Source of the DNA: Chiloscyllium plagiosum
Lineage: Eukaryota
Assembly (NCBI RefSeq): GCF_004010195.1
Contig: NC_057718.1
Span: 66,684,481 to 66,748,480 of the forward strand
DNA length: 64,000 nucleotides
Reading direction: 5' to 3'
Made by a program: the position numbers and the translations under genes
The notes under the pieces: generated by a model
What the model was told of the DNA's origin: nothing
Databases searched by the model: none
Seen by the model: the letters and a program-made list of their open reading frames with translations, nothing else
In this document: positions 1 to 12,737 of the stretch, piece after piece
How positions within the stretch are numbered: the stretch's first letter is position 1
How the letters are laid out: every line of letters begins with the position of its first letter

Positions 1-140
1 TATGCTTCCTTCTTTTTCTTAACTAAACCCTCAATTTCTTTATTCATCCAGCATTCCCTATACCTGCCAGCCTTCCCTTTCACCCTGACAGGAATATATT
101 TTCTCTGGATTCTTGTTATCTCATTTCTGAAGGCTTCCCA
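1..140 (-). mobile_element. CR1 LINE ORF2 fragment
   Basis: Near-identical to 60960-61100 of the long CR1 copy. Confidence 0.85.
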
Positions 141-149
141 TATGTAAGG

Positions 150-950
150 ATCTTTGGCAAATTTCTGCAGTGCATAGTGCACACTGCTGCTACTGAATGT
201 TGGTAATGGAGGGAGAGAATGTTTGTGGATGTGATGTCAATCAAGTGGGCTGCTTTGACCTGAATGACGTCAAGCTTCTTGAATGTTGTCGGAGCTGCAT
301 TCATCCAGGTGAGTGTGGATTTTCAATAATGTTGCAGGGTTTGGGGAGTCAGGGAATGAGCTACTAACAGCAGCATTTCTAGCCTCTGATCTGCTCTTAC
401 AACCACAGTATTTATATGCGAGTCCAGTTGAGTTAAGTTTTCAGTCATGGTAACCCCAGGATGCTGATAGTGGGCAATTCAGTGTTGGTAACACCATTGA
501 ATGTTAAGGAGTGGTGGTTAGATATTCTCATATTGGAGATGGTCATTGCCTGGCATTTATGTGACATGAATGTTACTTGCCACTTTTCAGCCCAAGCCTG
601 AATGTTGTCCAGGTCTTGTTGCGTTTGGACAAGGACTGCTTCAGTATTAGAGGAGTCGCAAATGGTGCTGATCATTTTGCTATCATTGGTGACCTACTTC
701 TGACTTTAATACAGAGCTGCAAGAAGCAGCTGAAGATAATCAGTCCTAGGACAGTATTCTGAGCAACTCCTGCAGAGACCTTCTGGAGCTGATCTGACTG
801 ACCTCCAAAATCCACAACCATACTCCTGAGTGCCAGGTATGACTTCAGCTAGTGGAGAGTTTGCCCTCTGATTCCCATTCATGACAATTTGGCTAGGGTT
901 CCTTGATGTTACACTTGGTCAAATGCAGCCTTGATGTCAAGGGGTGTCAG
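150..950 (-). mobile_element. Old LINE (CR1/L2 group) RT fragment
   Basis: QQDLDNIQAWAEKWQVTFMSHKCQAMTISN motif. Related pieces at ~4030-5330, 33130-34270 and 56560-57140. Confidence 0.8.
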
Positions 951-1479
951 CCCACAGTGAAAGTACCTTCTGTGGCGATGTCACAGCATCCACAAAGCCA
1001 TGATACCCATAATACATAGTCAGTACTGCTGACAATGCCTCGCACATTTATTCCTATGCTCTCACCCAAGTTGCACCTTAACTGCCATGCCACAGATTTT
1101 ACTGCCTCTAGCACAGCTCATCTAAACACCCTTCATCAGCAGTACCCTGTCATCAATGCCCAGCTTGTCATTGTCCTGTGGAGGAACATAACATACCAGC
1201 AAGCAACTGGACGAATCCAAACATGAGCTTTAATTTACAGAAAGCGAAAGCAAACACAAACAAAATTAACAGAGGTTGAAGTTTGCCCCCACAAATCAAA
1301 TCTGACTTCAGCATCATAATCAAAACTATTTTGTGGCCCACATTATCTTGCTTTCATCTATTGGAATTGGTTTTCAATAAGAGCCAATCTGCCTTGGAGA
1401 ACCCAATGCAGTTAAATTATGTCATGGACAAGGACAACTTTCTTCTCCCTAATATCCTTGTCCTCCTACTTGGGAGACT

Positions 1480-1950
1480 GCTCCTGCTCCCCCAGTTCCT
1501 TAGCATCCAGAACATCTTCAATTGCACAGTGCACAATCTGGACTATACTGGACTCAACACACCAGATCAGGCGCCCTTTCAGAAAGGGGCAAAAATGATC
1601 ATATATCACCTGAACATTAATTAAATGGAACCATTTCCTAATGATAAATTCTGCAGCTTTGTAATACAGCCTTCTGTGTCACATGTATGCAGGCGATGGC
1701 ACCCAGTACCTGGAGAAATCCAGCTCTGTTCCCAAATCCTACTGCTCAGGCTGTAGCACTAACTTTGTCTTGGGGGAACAAAATGAACTGGTGTGATCTT
1801 GCACATATGGCATCAGTCACTACCTGATGCATTTGTGGGTGCACAGCTGAGAGATCCCACACAGATCACCTGTTGCTCCCTGGAAGAAGCCAGTTACATA
1901 GGAGTTCTGTATAATAATGATCTACTCAGCCATGGGGAGAGAATGGCTTT
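1480..1950 (-). mobile_element. PIF/Harbinger transposase (HARBI1-like DDE) remnant
   Basis: GFFQGATGDLCGISQLCTHKCIR / VTDAICARSHQFILFPQD / GFLQVLGAIACIHV / RKWFHLINVQVIYDH, with stops and frameshifts. Confidence 0.85.
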
Positions 1951-4029
1951 CCATTCCTGCAGCTCTTAGAACCTGCTCCAGCATCTTGAAAATTTCTGTC
2001 ATATTGTCCTCGTTCATCCCCAATAAATGGAATTGGGGTCACTAAACTCTAGGCCTCCTGTGAACCCCATGCATCCTGATAGACCCTGCAGCAGTGATCT
2101 CATTCTGAAATGTATGCTCCTTGTCCTCCATTGTTCCTAGCTTTGACATTAACTCTGCCCCTCATGCATCCCCATCGCTTTCTTATATTGGTACCATAGT
2201 GACTAACATCCCGCTGGCGGAAGGTCCCAGGACTCTAGTGGAAATAGGAACAGAAGGATCAAAAGAGATTCTTAGATCAGTCATTGGTGACAAACCTTGC
2301 AGATGAAGGCTGAGCACACTTTTCCACACAGTGAGACAGGTAGCACTCTGACAATGAGGGATCGGTCTCCATCATCCGGCCACATTTATATTCAGTATGT
2401 GCAGCAATTTGGTTGAAAGTGCTGCATCGGCTAGGTGACCTAATGGCATTGAGAAGGGTGTGCCTGCAGCATGTCCACACCTTTCCTATCCTAGACCCAC
2501 ATCAAATGGTCAACTTCTCACTACATTTAGTATAGACCATTGTCACACTTACATGACAGATGGTCAAGTGATGATATGCAGCAACCTTGGAAGTTACATA
2601 CATAATGGTTCCTCTTCGGCCAGTATTGACCTTTTGTAAATTCTTTCAAGTTCAATTTGCAAGCACCAATGGAATGTTCCAAATTGTCTTTGACATGCAT
2701 CTGACCCTGAGGCACCTTCACTTTGCATACATAGCAAATCGGTAATTGCAAATGAAATATAGCAGTGCTTTACAAATGATTGTAGCAACAAATATATGAA
2801 GCAATGTCCTAAATCCAACAAATGTGCATCCTGCACTTTTGTCCATCAAATGAACACTGACTCTGCCCACACTGGGCATTGGTCCAGCCATGTTCTAGTA
2901 GCATTTCATATCAGAGTGCAGAAAGTGATGGCAGGGAATACTGCTCATGGTGGACACCATCAGTACAGGGCCCTGCCTGGTTGTCAGATACCCCCCTCCA
3001 AGGCCCACATGTCTCTGCTTATTTCACAATACCGTAACAGCCCATTTTCACCCAAACTGCTCAATGTCGGGACCCAGCACATTGAGCTTGGCCTACAACT
3101 ATTCTTCTTGCCCCTGAACAGTATAATTATATCTCATGATGCCTGATCTTCAGTCCTGTTCCTGTGGAGGCTGGGGTAGTGGTCAGTGATAATAACACCC
3201 TCTCCTGTAGTCTAACATGCCCTCCAATGCTGATTTGCATATCCCAGATTCCCCATCACTGTCCCCACCTCTGTAAATACCTGTTTCCCCACTACCCCCT
3301 CAGTATTATAGCACCCCCCCCCCCCCCCAAATCTTCCTGAAAAATTGATGCAAAGTCTCAGGATGGTATTCACCCAAGCCTCTGAATGACTTCGACAAGT
3401 CATGAATGGTCAGACCTCTGATTGCTGTATTTACAACTCCCAATTTAAAGTTTACATTCCCCTGACTGTTAATGATGGCCCCACTGGATTTACAGCTGAA
3501 CATCCCCTGAAACCACCTGAAATGCACTGAAAAGAACATCCCAAACACATGATTGAGTGGTTAAGCCCTAGAATGTGTGCAGACTGTGCCTGCGACTGAA
3601 TGTACTCAGCCTCCCTGACTGACAGTGAACCGTTCCCTGTGCCCCCAACTGTACTAAGAAGTAGCCCTGACCAGTTTCCAAAATGATTACTTATTTAAAT
3701 GTACATTCAGTGTGTTTTCCCACTTGATGTCTTGGTGTACAGTAAGGCAAGATGTTTCCCCCTGCTGCAGACAGGTTCCTACTGGCAAGAATGATGAGCA
3801 GCATGTCTGTGTGCTTGTCCTAAAGAGCACTTCATTATGGCAGTACTGATAACAGGCATACCATGCAAAGGCAAGACATGGATGTTGAGAGCTTGCAGTT
3901 AAATGCTAAGTAAGCAAGCACTAAGAAAACAAGAAAGATACAGCCTGGTCTGATTCTTGAGCTGGATGTTAGTCCATTGGGTCAAAAGCTACTTAGAAGT
4001 CAAGGTCAGTCACTCTTACCTTATCTTTG

Positions 4030-5330
4030 AATTTTGCCATTTTTGGATTAAGACCGTCAGGAGCTGAACAGCCCGAGCAGAACCCTAATTGAGCATCACT
4101 AAACATGTTGGTGAGCAAATGCTATTTTGGTCACAGATTCAGCATCTACTTCCATCACCTTACTAATGATGAGAAAGTGAGGACTGCAGATGCTGGAGAT
4201 CAGAGCTGAAAAATGTGTTGCTGGAAAAGCGCAGCATCCAAGGAGCAGGGGAATCGACGTTTTGGGCATAAGCCCTTCTTCAGGAATGACGAAGGTGTGC
4301 CAAGCAGGCTAAGATAAAATGTAGGGAGGAGGGACTTGGGGGAGAGGTCGGGAAGAAGATTGCAGGTCAAGAAGGCGGTGCTGAGTCCGAGGGTTGGGAC
4401 TGAGATAAGGTGGGGGGAGAGGAAATGAGGAAGCTGGAGAAATCTGCATTCATCCCTTGTGGTTGGAGGGTTCCTAGGCGGAAGATGAGGCGCTCTTCCT
4501 CCAAGCATCATGTTGCCATGGTTTGGCAATGGAGGAGGCCAAGGACCTGCATGTCCTTGGCGGAGTGGGAGGGGGAGTTAAAGTGTTCAGCCACGGGGCA
4601 GATGGGTTGGTTGGTGCGGGTGTCCCAGAGGTGTTCTCTGATGATGAGACCAGATTGACAACAGGCTAATTGGCCAGGTGGATTTGTCCTGCACTTGTGA
4701 ACAGGAGATACCAAAACAATTTTCTTGTAGGTTACTGGAACAGCAGTGCAAAATGTGTGACAACTTCTGAAGCACATGTCTTCTGTATTAGTGACAAATT
4801 TTGTTTTGGATTGTAGCCTTTGTAGAATTCAATACATTCTGTTATTCCTTAATATCATATGGTGAATCAAATCAGCTGAAGACTGACATCTGTGACGCTA
4901 GAGATGGTGACCTCAGGAGGAGGTTGAGATGAATCAACCATTTGACACCTTTATCTGATGTAAACAAATGCTTCAGTTTGGTCTTATGCACTGATGAGCT
5001 TGTCTTCCCCATTTCTGAAGATGGAGATAGTTGTGGACCCTCTTCCATCGGTTAATTTTTCAAATGTACACAATCTTTCAAGATTGGATGTGACAGGACT
5101 GCAGAGTTTAAAACTGATTCGTTGGTTGTGGGATTGTTTGCTCCTGTCTATTGCATGCTGTTTTCCTGTTTGGCATGCAAGTGTTGTAGCTCCACCAGGT
5201 TGACACTTCATTTTTAGATATGCTGGTATTGCTGTTACCTCCTGCTCTCTCAGTTGTACTGGGTTGAGTTCCATTGCTTGATGGTAATTGTAAAGTGCGA
5301 AGAGGCCATGATGTGAAGTTACAGATTGTA
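4030..5330 (-). mobile_element. Old LINE ORF2 fragment interrupted by the Penelope fragment
   Basis: Host sequence resumes across the duplication (PVHKCRTNPPGQLACCQS..I). Same family as 150-950. Confidence 0.6.
4175..4640 (-). mobile_element. Penelope-like element 3' fragment (GIY-YIG C-terminus plus terminal repeat)
   Basis: REHLWDTRTNQPICPVAEHFNSPSHS...LEEERLIFRLGTLQP. 9-bp duplication ATGATGAGA at 4166-74 and 4641-49. Inserted in an older LINE. Confidence 0.85.
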
Positions 5331-6214
5331 GCTGAGTATAATTCTGCCGTGCTGAATGCCCACAGCATTACATGGATATCTGGAATTGAGGTGCGATATA
5401 GTGGAGCATTCTTCTACTGTTACGTTAATTGTTCACCATCATTCAGGAGTGCATTAGAATAACCAAGTTTAGAGTTAACATGAATAAAGATTTCAATAGC
5501 AGAAGACCTATGGTTGGATGTGGACAGTTTAACAGAGGTGAAAATCGCTGGTCTTAATGTGAATAATTGGCATTAACCATGATCCTTGATTTAATTGCAT
5601 GGTGGAACAAGCTTGAGGGGCTAAATAACCTACTCCTGTACACTTGTTTTTATCAGCAAGAGGAATGTAAATAAGGGAAAGGTCACCAATATTAGATCTG
5701 AGAATTCGGAATGATCGCTGAATCTTATAAAAATGTCATCACCAATTCATTTTGGTCGTGCAAAAAAAATTGCCAGCAAAGGTCCATTCTGGCAGATTCA
5801 GTCAAATACAGTGTCAATTACTTGACTGTGAAACAAAGCCTACTATTCACTCTTATATCTTGCTTACAAATGCAGGGGAAATAGATACAAATAATTACAT
5901 TTGTGTGCTTGCCAAAAGAGAAAATGCATTTGATAAAATTCCTTCTTTTTCAAAACTTTTGGCAAGTGTCATAGAATCATCTGTCCAACTGCCAGCTGAT
6001 AGTTACACTTGTACTTGTACAGAGGAGTACAGAACACACCACTGCAAGTACTGGACAAGACTGTCTGGCATTTGTATACTGCCTTTGGTGCTGTTTAACC
6101 TTCAGGGTCTTCAGCACACATTGAAACCAAAATTGTACACTTTTCTGTCAGTGGTATGATAGGTGGGGTGATTGTGAAATGTGTCCCATACTAACAGAAA
6201 CATGGCCATCACTA

Positions 6215-6371
6215 GATCGTAGAATCTCTACAGTGTGGAAACAGGCCATTTGGCCCAACGAGTCCATGCTGACCCTCCGAAGAGTAACCCATCCAGACCC
6301 ACTCCCCATTACTCGATATTTACCTCTGACTAATGCACCTAACCTACACATCCCTCAACACGATGGGCAAT
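6215..6371 (-). mobile_element. HE1-like tRNA-derived V-SINE, 3' half
   Basis: Matches the SINE at 45228-45520. Continues at 7661 after a CR1 insertion. Confidence 0.85.
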
Positions 6372-7660
6372 ATAGAGTCATAGAGATGTACAACACGGAA
6401 ACGGACCCTTCAGTCCGACCCGTCCATGCCAACCTGATATCCCAACCCAAAGAGGTCCCATCTGCCAGCACCTGACCCATATCTCTCTAAATCCTTCCCA
6501 TTCATATACCCATCCAAATGCCTTTTAAATGTTGCAATTGTACTAGCATCCTGTATAGCTGCAACATGACCTCCCAACTCCTGTACTCAATACTCTGACC
6601 AATAAAGGAAAGCATGCCAAATGCCTTCTTCACTATCCACGACTCCACTTTCAAGGGAGCTATGAACCTGCACTCCAAGGTCTCTTTGTTCAGCAACACT
6701 CCCATAGGACCTTATCATTAAGTGTATAAAGTCCTCCTAAGATTTGCTTTCCCAAAATGCAGCATCTCACATTTATCTAAATTAAACTCCATCTGCCACT
6801 TCTCAGCCCATTGGCCCATCTGATCAAGATCCCGTTGTAATCTGCAGTAATCTTCTTCGCTGTCCGCTACACCTCCAACTTTAGTGTCATCTGCAAACTT
6901 ACTAACTATACTTCTTATGCTCACATCCAAATCATTTATATAAATGACGAAAAGTAGTGGACCCAGCACAGATCCTTGTGGCACTCCACTGGTCACAGGC
7001 CACCAGTCTGAAAAACAACCCTCCACCACCACCCTCTGTCTTCTACCTTTGAGTCAGTTCTGTATCCATGTATTCCGTGAGATCTATCCTTGCTAACCAG
7101 TCTCCTATGGGGAACCTTGTTAAACGCCTTACTGAAGTCCATATAGATCACGTCCACTGCTCTGCCCTCATCAATCCTTTCTCTTACTTCTTCAATGAAC
7201 TCAATCAAGTTTGTGAGACATGATTTCTCATGCACAAAGCCATGTTGACTATCCTTAATCAGTCCTTGCCTTTCCAAATGCATATACATCCTGTCTCTCA
7301 GGTTTCTCTCCAACAACTTGCCCACAACCGATGTCAGGCTCACTGGTCTAGTCAGTTCCCTGGCTTGTCCTTATCACCCTTCTTAAACAGTGGCAGCACG
7401 TTAGCCAACCTCTAGTCTTCCGGCACCTCACCTGTGACTATCGATGATAGAAATATTTCAGTAAGAGGCCCAGCAATCACTTCCCTAGCTTCCCAGAGAG
7501 TTCTAGGGTACAGCTGATCAGGTCCTGGGGATGTATCCACTTGTCTGCATTTCAAGACATCCAGCACTTCCTCCTCTGTAATATGGACATTTTTCAAGAT
7601 GTCACCATCTATTTCCCTACATCCTATATCTTCCATGTCCTTTTCCACAGTAAATACTGA
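6372..7660 (-). mobile_element. 5'-truncated, internally deleted CR1 LINE inserted into a SINE
   Basis: RT motifs YMDFSKAF, GVPQGSVLGPLLFVIYINDL, KFADDTK. Splits the SINE at gggcaat|tagcatggcc. Confidence 0.93.
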
Positions 7661-7835
7661 TAGCATGGCCAATTCACCTAACCTGCACATCTTTGGATTG
7701 TGGGAGGAAACCGGAGCATCTAGAGGAAACCCACGCAGACACGAGGAGACTGTGCAAACTCTACATAGACAGCCACCCAAGGCTGGAATCAAAACTGGGT
7801 TCCTGGACCTGTGAGGTTAACCACTGAGCCACCAT
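7661..7835 (-). mobile_element. HE1-like V-SINE, 5' half
   Basis: V-domain core tgtgtagagtttgcac...gggtttcctc and tRNA-like head ggtggctcagtggtta. Confidence 0.88.
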
Positions 7836-8940
7836 TCCTACTTAAGGGCCTCCTGCTGCTATCACTGGAGAGGCCCATGCAGAGATGCAGTCTTCAGTTA
7901 TAAGTGCCAAGGGGATGGTCCGTCTCAACCTCCTCCTTGGAGGTCCCCATCCCAAGCATCACAAATGCCTTCCTTCAGATAATTTGATACAGCTGAAAGC
8001 ACTGGATACTGCAAACTCCATGGATGCTGATAACATTCTGGCAATATTACTGAAGACGTGATCCAGAAACTGCTGCATCCCGAAACAAGCCATTCCAATA
8101 TGAAGAAAAGCAATAGTTTGATCAGGGGACTTTGGAGGTGTTTCCTTGTTGGGCATCATTGGGTGAAACTCCTCCAAAGTGTTTCCTCCTTTTGACCTGG
8201 CAGCCTCTACAGTCCCCAAATATCCTCCTTTCCTCCCCTCAAAGGATCTGCCAGCATGGTCATTGTCACCTCACAGTCTGGGCTCTTACTTTCAAGTTGG
8301 GATGGTGGTAGCGCAGATACTGTTGCAGTCCTAATACACGCCACTTCTAGTAACACTGCTTGAATGCAAGAGTTGCCAGCTGTTTGACCAGCTGAGAGCT
8401 TTCTCTGAGAAGCTGAAACTCTAACCGTGAGTCAATTGTTATCACACATGTTAAAATTGATTGCGATGTTGTGTTAAATTACCACAAGCTGTTTTTAATT
8501 TGGATACTTGTTAAGAAATCTTTCAGACATTCAAATAGTGAAACAATTATTTAAACTTTATTGCATCTAGCAATCAAAATGAGACCTCTCAAGTAAGCAG
8601 GTTAAGCCTCACAGCCCAACTTGGCTATTACCAAATTAAAGTGGACTCTAGCTATGATTCCAAAAAACAGTGACTGTCCCTAGATATCCAGGGTTTGATC
8701 CTTGTGCAGTGTAGTTCTTCAGTTCCGCTGCTGAGGATTCCTGAAGTTGGATTCTTACACAATGTTCTGTCTTTCAAGCTTGTGGTGTGACATTATTAAT
8801 TACCCTTTCATTCTTTCATCCACAATATTGCAAGTCTGCAGTCTATGTTCCTTGAAAACACAGCTTTTCCTGTCATTAACTCCTTAGATTTTTCAATCAT
8901 TTGTCTTTGGAGCATAAGACAGCCAGTTATCAATGAGTTG

Positions 8941-9008
8941 TTAAAATAGTTTTGATGATGTAACTTTGACTCCTTCTTTTCCCAGGCATGAATAATTGCT
9001 TTGAGTCC
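8941..9008 (-). CDS. Hypothetical 96-aa protein, candidate last coding exon
   Basis: Acceptor cttttttacAG. In the phase set by the previous exon it reads (R)TQSNYSCLGKEGVKVTSSKLF*. Confidence 0.27.
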
Positions 9009-9528
9009 CTGTAAAAAAGTTGTCCTTGTCCCATAACAATTTATTCCAGACAGAATTATTGCTGCTTTCTTTTAATCCATGAACAGTTGTTAGAGTTCTG
9101 AAGTTGACAGTATCACAGTCACTCCTTTTTGTTCATTATTTTTAATATGATCAACAAACACTAATGTAATTAACTATCTTCCACTACATTGGTTTATATC
9201 CAAGTTGAGTTGGTACACCATGCACAATTTAAAATGCACCATTTCACTATGCAGTACAGATATATGCAAATCTATAATCAATAAATGAATTACAGAATAA
9301 TGATTTGTAAATAAATCACAAAACAAAATAGGGTAATAAGCATGCCAAAAAAATGACAATAAACAATTGATGTGAAATAACACGATGGGGTACCTATCAT
9401 AGTTTTAATATTATCATGTCTTAACAGAAGTGATTCCATTTTCAACTACTGCTAACAGCAAAACGAGGTAGTAACAAAAACAAGATGGATCCAAAATAAT
9501 AACAAGATCTGAAACAATACAAACTCAC

Positions 9529-9743
9529 GTGGCTCTGTGTGTATTATTTCCCAAATTTCTGACGTTAGCCCAGCAAGTATGTTCCTCACTGTCTTAATCT
9601 CTATCTCAGTTCTCTGATTGTTCTGCTTAATCTTAATGTGTAACCTGCGTGCCTTTCTCAAAATCCCTTTTATTTCTTCCCAAGAAGACATAACCATCGG
9701 TCTAGGCAAGTCAGTCATATGAAAAGTCACAGATTTTCTCTTC
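9529..9743 (-). CDS. Hypothetical 96-aa protein, candidate main exon with RVxF-like (RKSVTF) and SILK-like (GILR) motifs
   Basis: 215 nt open: KRKSVTFHMTDLPRPMVMSSWEEIKGILRKARRLHIKIKQNNQRTEIEIKTVRNILAGLTSEIWEIIHTEP. catcAG acceptor and GTGAGT donor. I recognise no repeat family here. Confidence 0.35.
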
Positions 9744-9878
9744 CTGATGTTAAACAGTTCAATTGTTCTTATGTGCATGAGCATTTGAGAGTGAATGCAA
9801 AATGTCAAATCAGAGACGGAACATGACAAGTTATGATGATATTCTTTTAAAGTATTGTGATACAGTATGCTCCTTTAC

Positions 9879-9886
9879 CTACACAT
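9879..9886 (-). CDS. Hypothetical 96-aa protein, candidate first coding exon (ATG TGT AG|gtaaag)
   Basis: ATG at 9886-9884, in-frame stop upstream, AG|GTAAAG donor phase-compatible with the next exon. Confidence 0.25.
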
Positions 9887-10169
9887 CCAATTCTGATTAT
9901 ATTTACTCAAGTAGTACTTGAAATTTCGCGGACCTTACAGGTCTCCCACCACCTTTTCTATTGTATAAGGTTCACATCCAGATGATGTTTTGCATCACTC
10001 TAATATTTTGTACTGTTGTAACACTTAACAGTTTTTTTATCCTCAGACAATTTTTCATCCCTAACTCAAGACCTATTCTGTTCCCTCCAATATGCGAATC
10101 ATTAGTTCATACTTTTGTTAATCTCCTTAACTCACAGAGATTTTAGGATTCCTGTCCCATCAGCTAAAT

Positions 10170-10945
10170 TTGGGCTTAACCCTTCATCAGCACTGGGAAG
10201 GGGGAAGGAGGCTGAAAAAGAAATGGGACGAGAGGGTAGGGCTAGGGGAAAGGTAGTTGGGATGGTGATAGGTGGGTGAAGGTAGGACATGATTTTGATA
10301 GGTTGGTGGGAAGTGTGGAGCAGATAGGTGGGAAGGAAGATGGACTAGTAGGTCAGGTCAGGAGGGTGGATTCCTGATGAAGGGCTTTTGCCCGAAACGT
10401 CGATTCTGCTGCTCCTTGGATGCTGCTTGAACTGCTGTGCTCTTCCAGCACCACTAATCCAAAATCAGGAGGGTGGAGCCAAGTCGGAGGGTTGGATCTA
10501 GGATGTGGTGGAGGAAGGGGTGACTTGAAAACTGGTGAATTCAATGTTGGGACCGTGTGGTTATCGGCTCTCGAGGTGGAAGCTGATGTGTTCTCCTCCA
10601 GTTTGCAAAAAGCCATTTTTAGACAGTGGAGGAGACCCAGAATGGACATGTCATGGGGGAGTGGGTGGGGGAGTTGAAATGAATGGCTGCAGAAGCTGGA
10701 GTTGTTGGTATATGCGGAACAAGGATGTTCTCTGAACCGTTTCACGAGTTTATGCTCAGTCTCTCCAATGTATCGGAGACCACATCAAGAGCAAATGAGT
10801 TTCGAGGTTATGCAAGTAAATCTCTGATAGGTGTGGAATGACCCTTTTGGGCTTTGGACAGAGAGAGGGGGGAGATGTGGCCGCAAGTTTTGCACCTTCT
10901 GTGGGGGCAAGGGAAGGTGTCAGATGTGGAGAGGTGATTGGTCAG
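10170..10945 (-). mobile_element. Degenerate Penelope-like GIY-YIG fragment with a nested plus-strand terminal-repeat piece (10370-10466)
   Basis: RFREH...HDMSILGLLHC...KLEE motifs and hammerhead-bearing terminal repeat. Confidence 0.75.
10372..10406 (+). ncRNA. Minimal hammerhead ribozyme core (Penelope-type)
   Basis: CTGATGA-a-gggc-tttt-gccc-GAAAC-GTC: both catalytic boxes, stem II and palindromic stem III region. Confidence 0.75.
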
Positions 10946-11044
10946 AAGTAACTTCTTTGTTCCCTTGTTATATTTGGCATGAACCATCTATTTGAAGACA
11001 CAGCTTATCGTGTCATTAACTCATTAAATTCTTCTCAGAATAGT

Positions 11045-11872
11045 TGGGGATATTTCCCTTCCCACTCCTTTCCACCTTCTGCAAAGACCGTTCCCTCTGT
11101 GACTGTCTGGTCAGGTCCACGTCCTCCCTCCCGTCCTGGCACCTTCCCCTGCCACTGCAGGAATTGCAAAACCTGTGCCCACACCTCCTCCCTCACATCC
11201 ATCAAAGTTTTACCTGCACATCCACGAATATCATTTATTGTATCCGTTGCTCACGATGCAGTCTCCTCTACATTGGAGAGACTGGACGCCTCCTAGCAGA
11301 GTGCTTTAGGGAACATCTCCAGGACACCCGCACCAATCAACCACACCGCCTTGTGGCCCAATATTTCAACTCCCCCTCGCATTCTGCCGAGGATATGGAG
11401 GTCCTGGGCCTCCTTCACCGCGGCTCCCTCACCACCAGACGCCTGGAGGAAGAATGCCTCATCTTCTGCCTCAAAACACTTCAACCCCAGGGCATCAATG
11501 TGGACTTCAACAGTTTCCTCATTTCCCCTTCCCCCACCTCACCCTAGTTCCAAACTTCCAGCTCAGCACTGTCCCCATGACTTGTCCAACCTGCCTATCT
11601 TCTTTTCCACCTATCCACTCCACCTTCCTCCCTGACCTATCCCCTTCATCCCCTCCTCCACTCACCTATTGTACTCTATGCTACTTTCTCCCCACCCCAA
11701 CCTCCTCTAGCTTATCTCTTCACCCTTCAGGCTCTCTGCCTGTATTCCTGATGAAGGGCTTTTGCCCGAAATGTTGATTTTACTGCTCCTTGGAAGCTCC
11801 CTGAACTGCTGTGAGCTTCCAGCACCACTAATCCAGAATCTGGTTTCCAGCATTTGCAGTCATTGTTTTTAC
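11045..11872 (+). mobile_element. Penelope-like element 3' part (GIY-YIG endonuclease plus terminal repeat)
   Basis: FTCTSTNIIYCIRCSRCSLLYIGETGRLLAECFREHL...VAQYFNSPSH...LEEECLIFCLKTLQPQGIN. Confidence 0.92.
11746..11780 (+). ncRNA. Minimal hammerhead ribozyme core (Penelope-type)
   Basis: CTGATGA-agggcttttgccc-GAAA, stem III region mutated. Confidence 0.6.
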
Positions 11873-11935
11873 CCTCTGTATCCAAATGGCTAGTTCTCCC
11901 GCTATTCCATGAGAAGTACAATTACAATTCCTGCA

Positions 11936-11941
11936 TTTATT
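11936..11941 (-). terminator. Candidate poly(A) signal of the NOX3-like mRNA
   Basis: First AATAAA I found on the minus strand after the stop codon (~800 nt downstream). No transcript evidence. Confidence 0.3.
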
Positions 11942-12737
11942 TGTCCAAGTGTCTTATATTGGCTGAGGCCAAGGGCCTGCTTACAGCTGGAGATTTGGCC
12001 AGCAACGAGTAGCTGATTAGTCTGTGAATGGTGACTGATTATCAATAACAAAGGTCCTCTGCCTACCTATAATTATGTGATTGGTTCCCAAATAGCTACA
12101 CAGTTTACGGGTGTAAATGTTTGCAAGAAGCCATCAGATCTTCAAAAGGGAGAGAGCTATCCTCACACCTGAAGACAAACAGTCAATTTTTCCCACATCA
12201 ACTGTTGTATGTTATGACATTTTAGCAATTAAATCAAAACTTTATAAATGTGAACCAGCTGACCTGTACCTCCTGCAAACAAGTGAAAGTACCTAGAAAA
12301 GGAAGATGAAAGAGCAGTGCACTGACAAACCGAAAGGTTCACCTGAGCAAACACTGAACAGGGATCATTGAACTGCCCTTAACGTTTTTTTTTGTAGTTC
12401 CAGTTCACTATCCTAGTGAGGCAGATGAAATCACTTTTGTCAGACAGGTATAAACTTTAGAAATCTCTGCCTTCATCAAAATGTTCTTTTTTAAAACAAG
12501 AAAGCGTTAACACTGAAGTAAAAGAAAATATTAGTGTATTGGGATATGAAAAAAATCATTGCATGCTCACATTGCATACACAATCCATTGTAAAGCAGTA
12601 TGCATAAAATATTCTTGATTACTATATATTGTTACTTTTGTTGCTAGTTGTTGCAAACAATACAACTGCAGGAATAAAATGATTACACCCTATGCATTAC
12701 AATTCACCCCCTGGCATTTCTAGAAGTTGCACAGATT

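Noticed and set aside
1480..1950. Domesticated HARBI1 gene
   Set aside because: Stops, frameshifts, a mutated catalytic motif (GAIACIH) and an internal deletion indicate a dead transposon.
5752..6159. 135-aa plus-strand ORF
   Set aside because: Non-ATG start, no recognisable domain and no clear splice borders.
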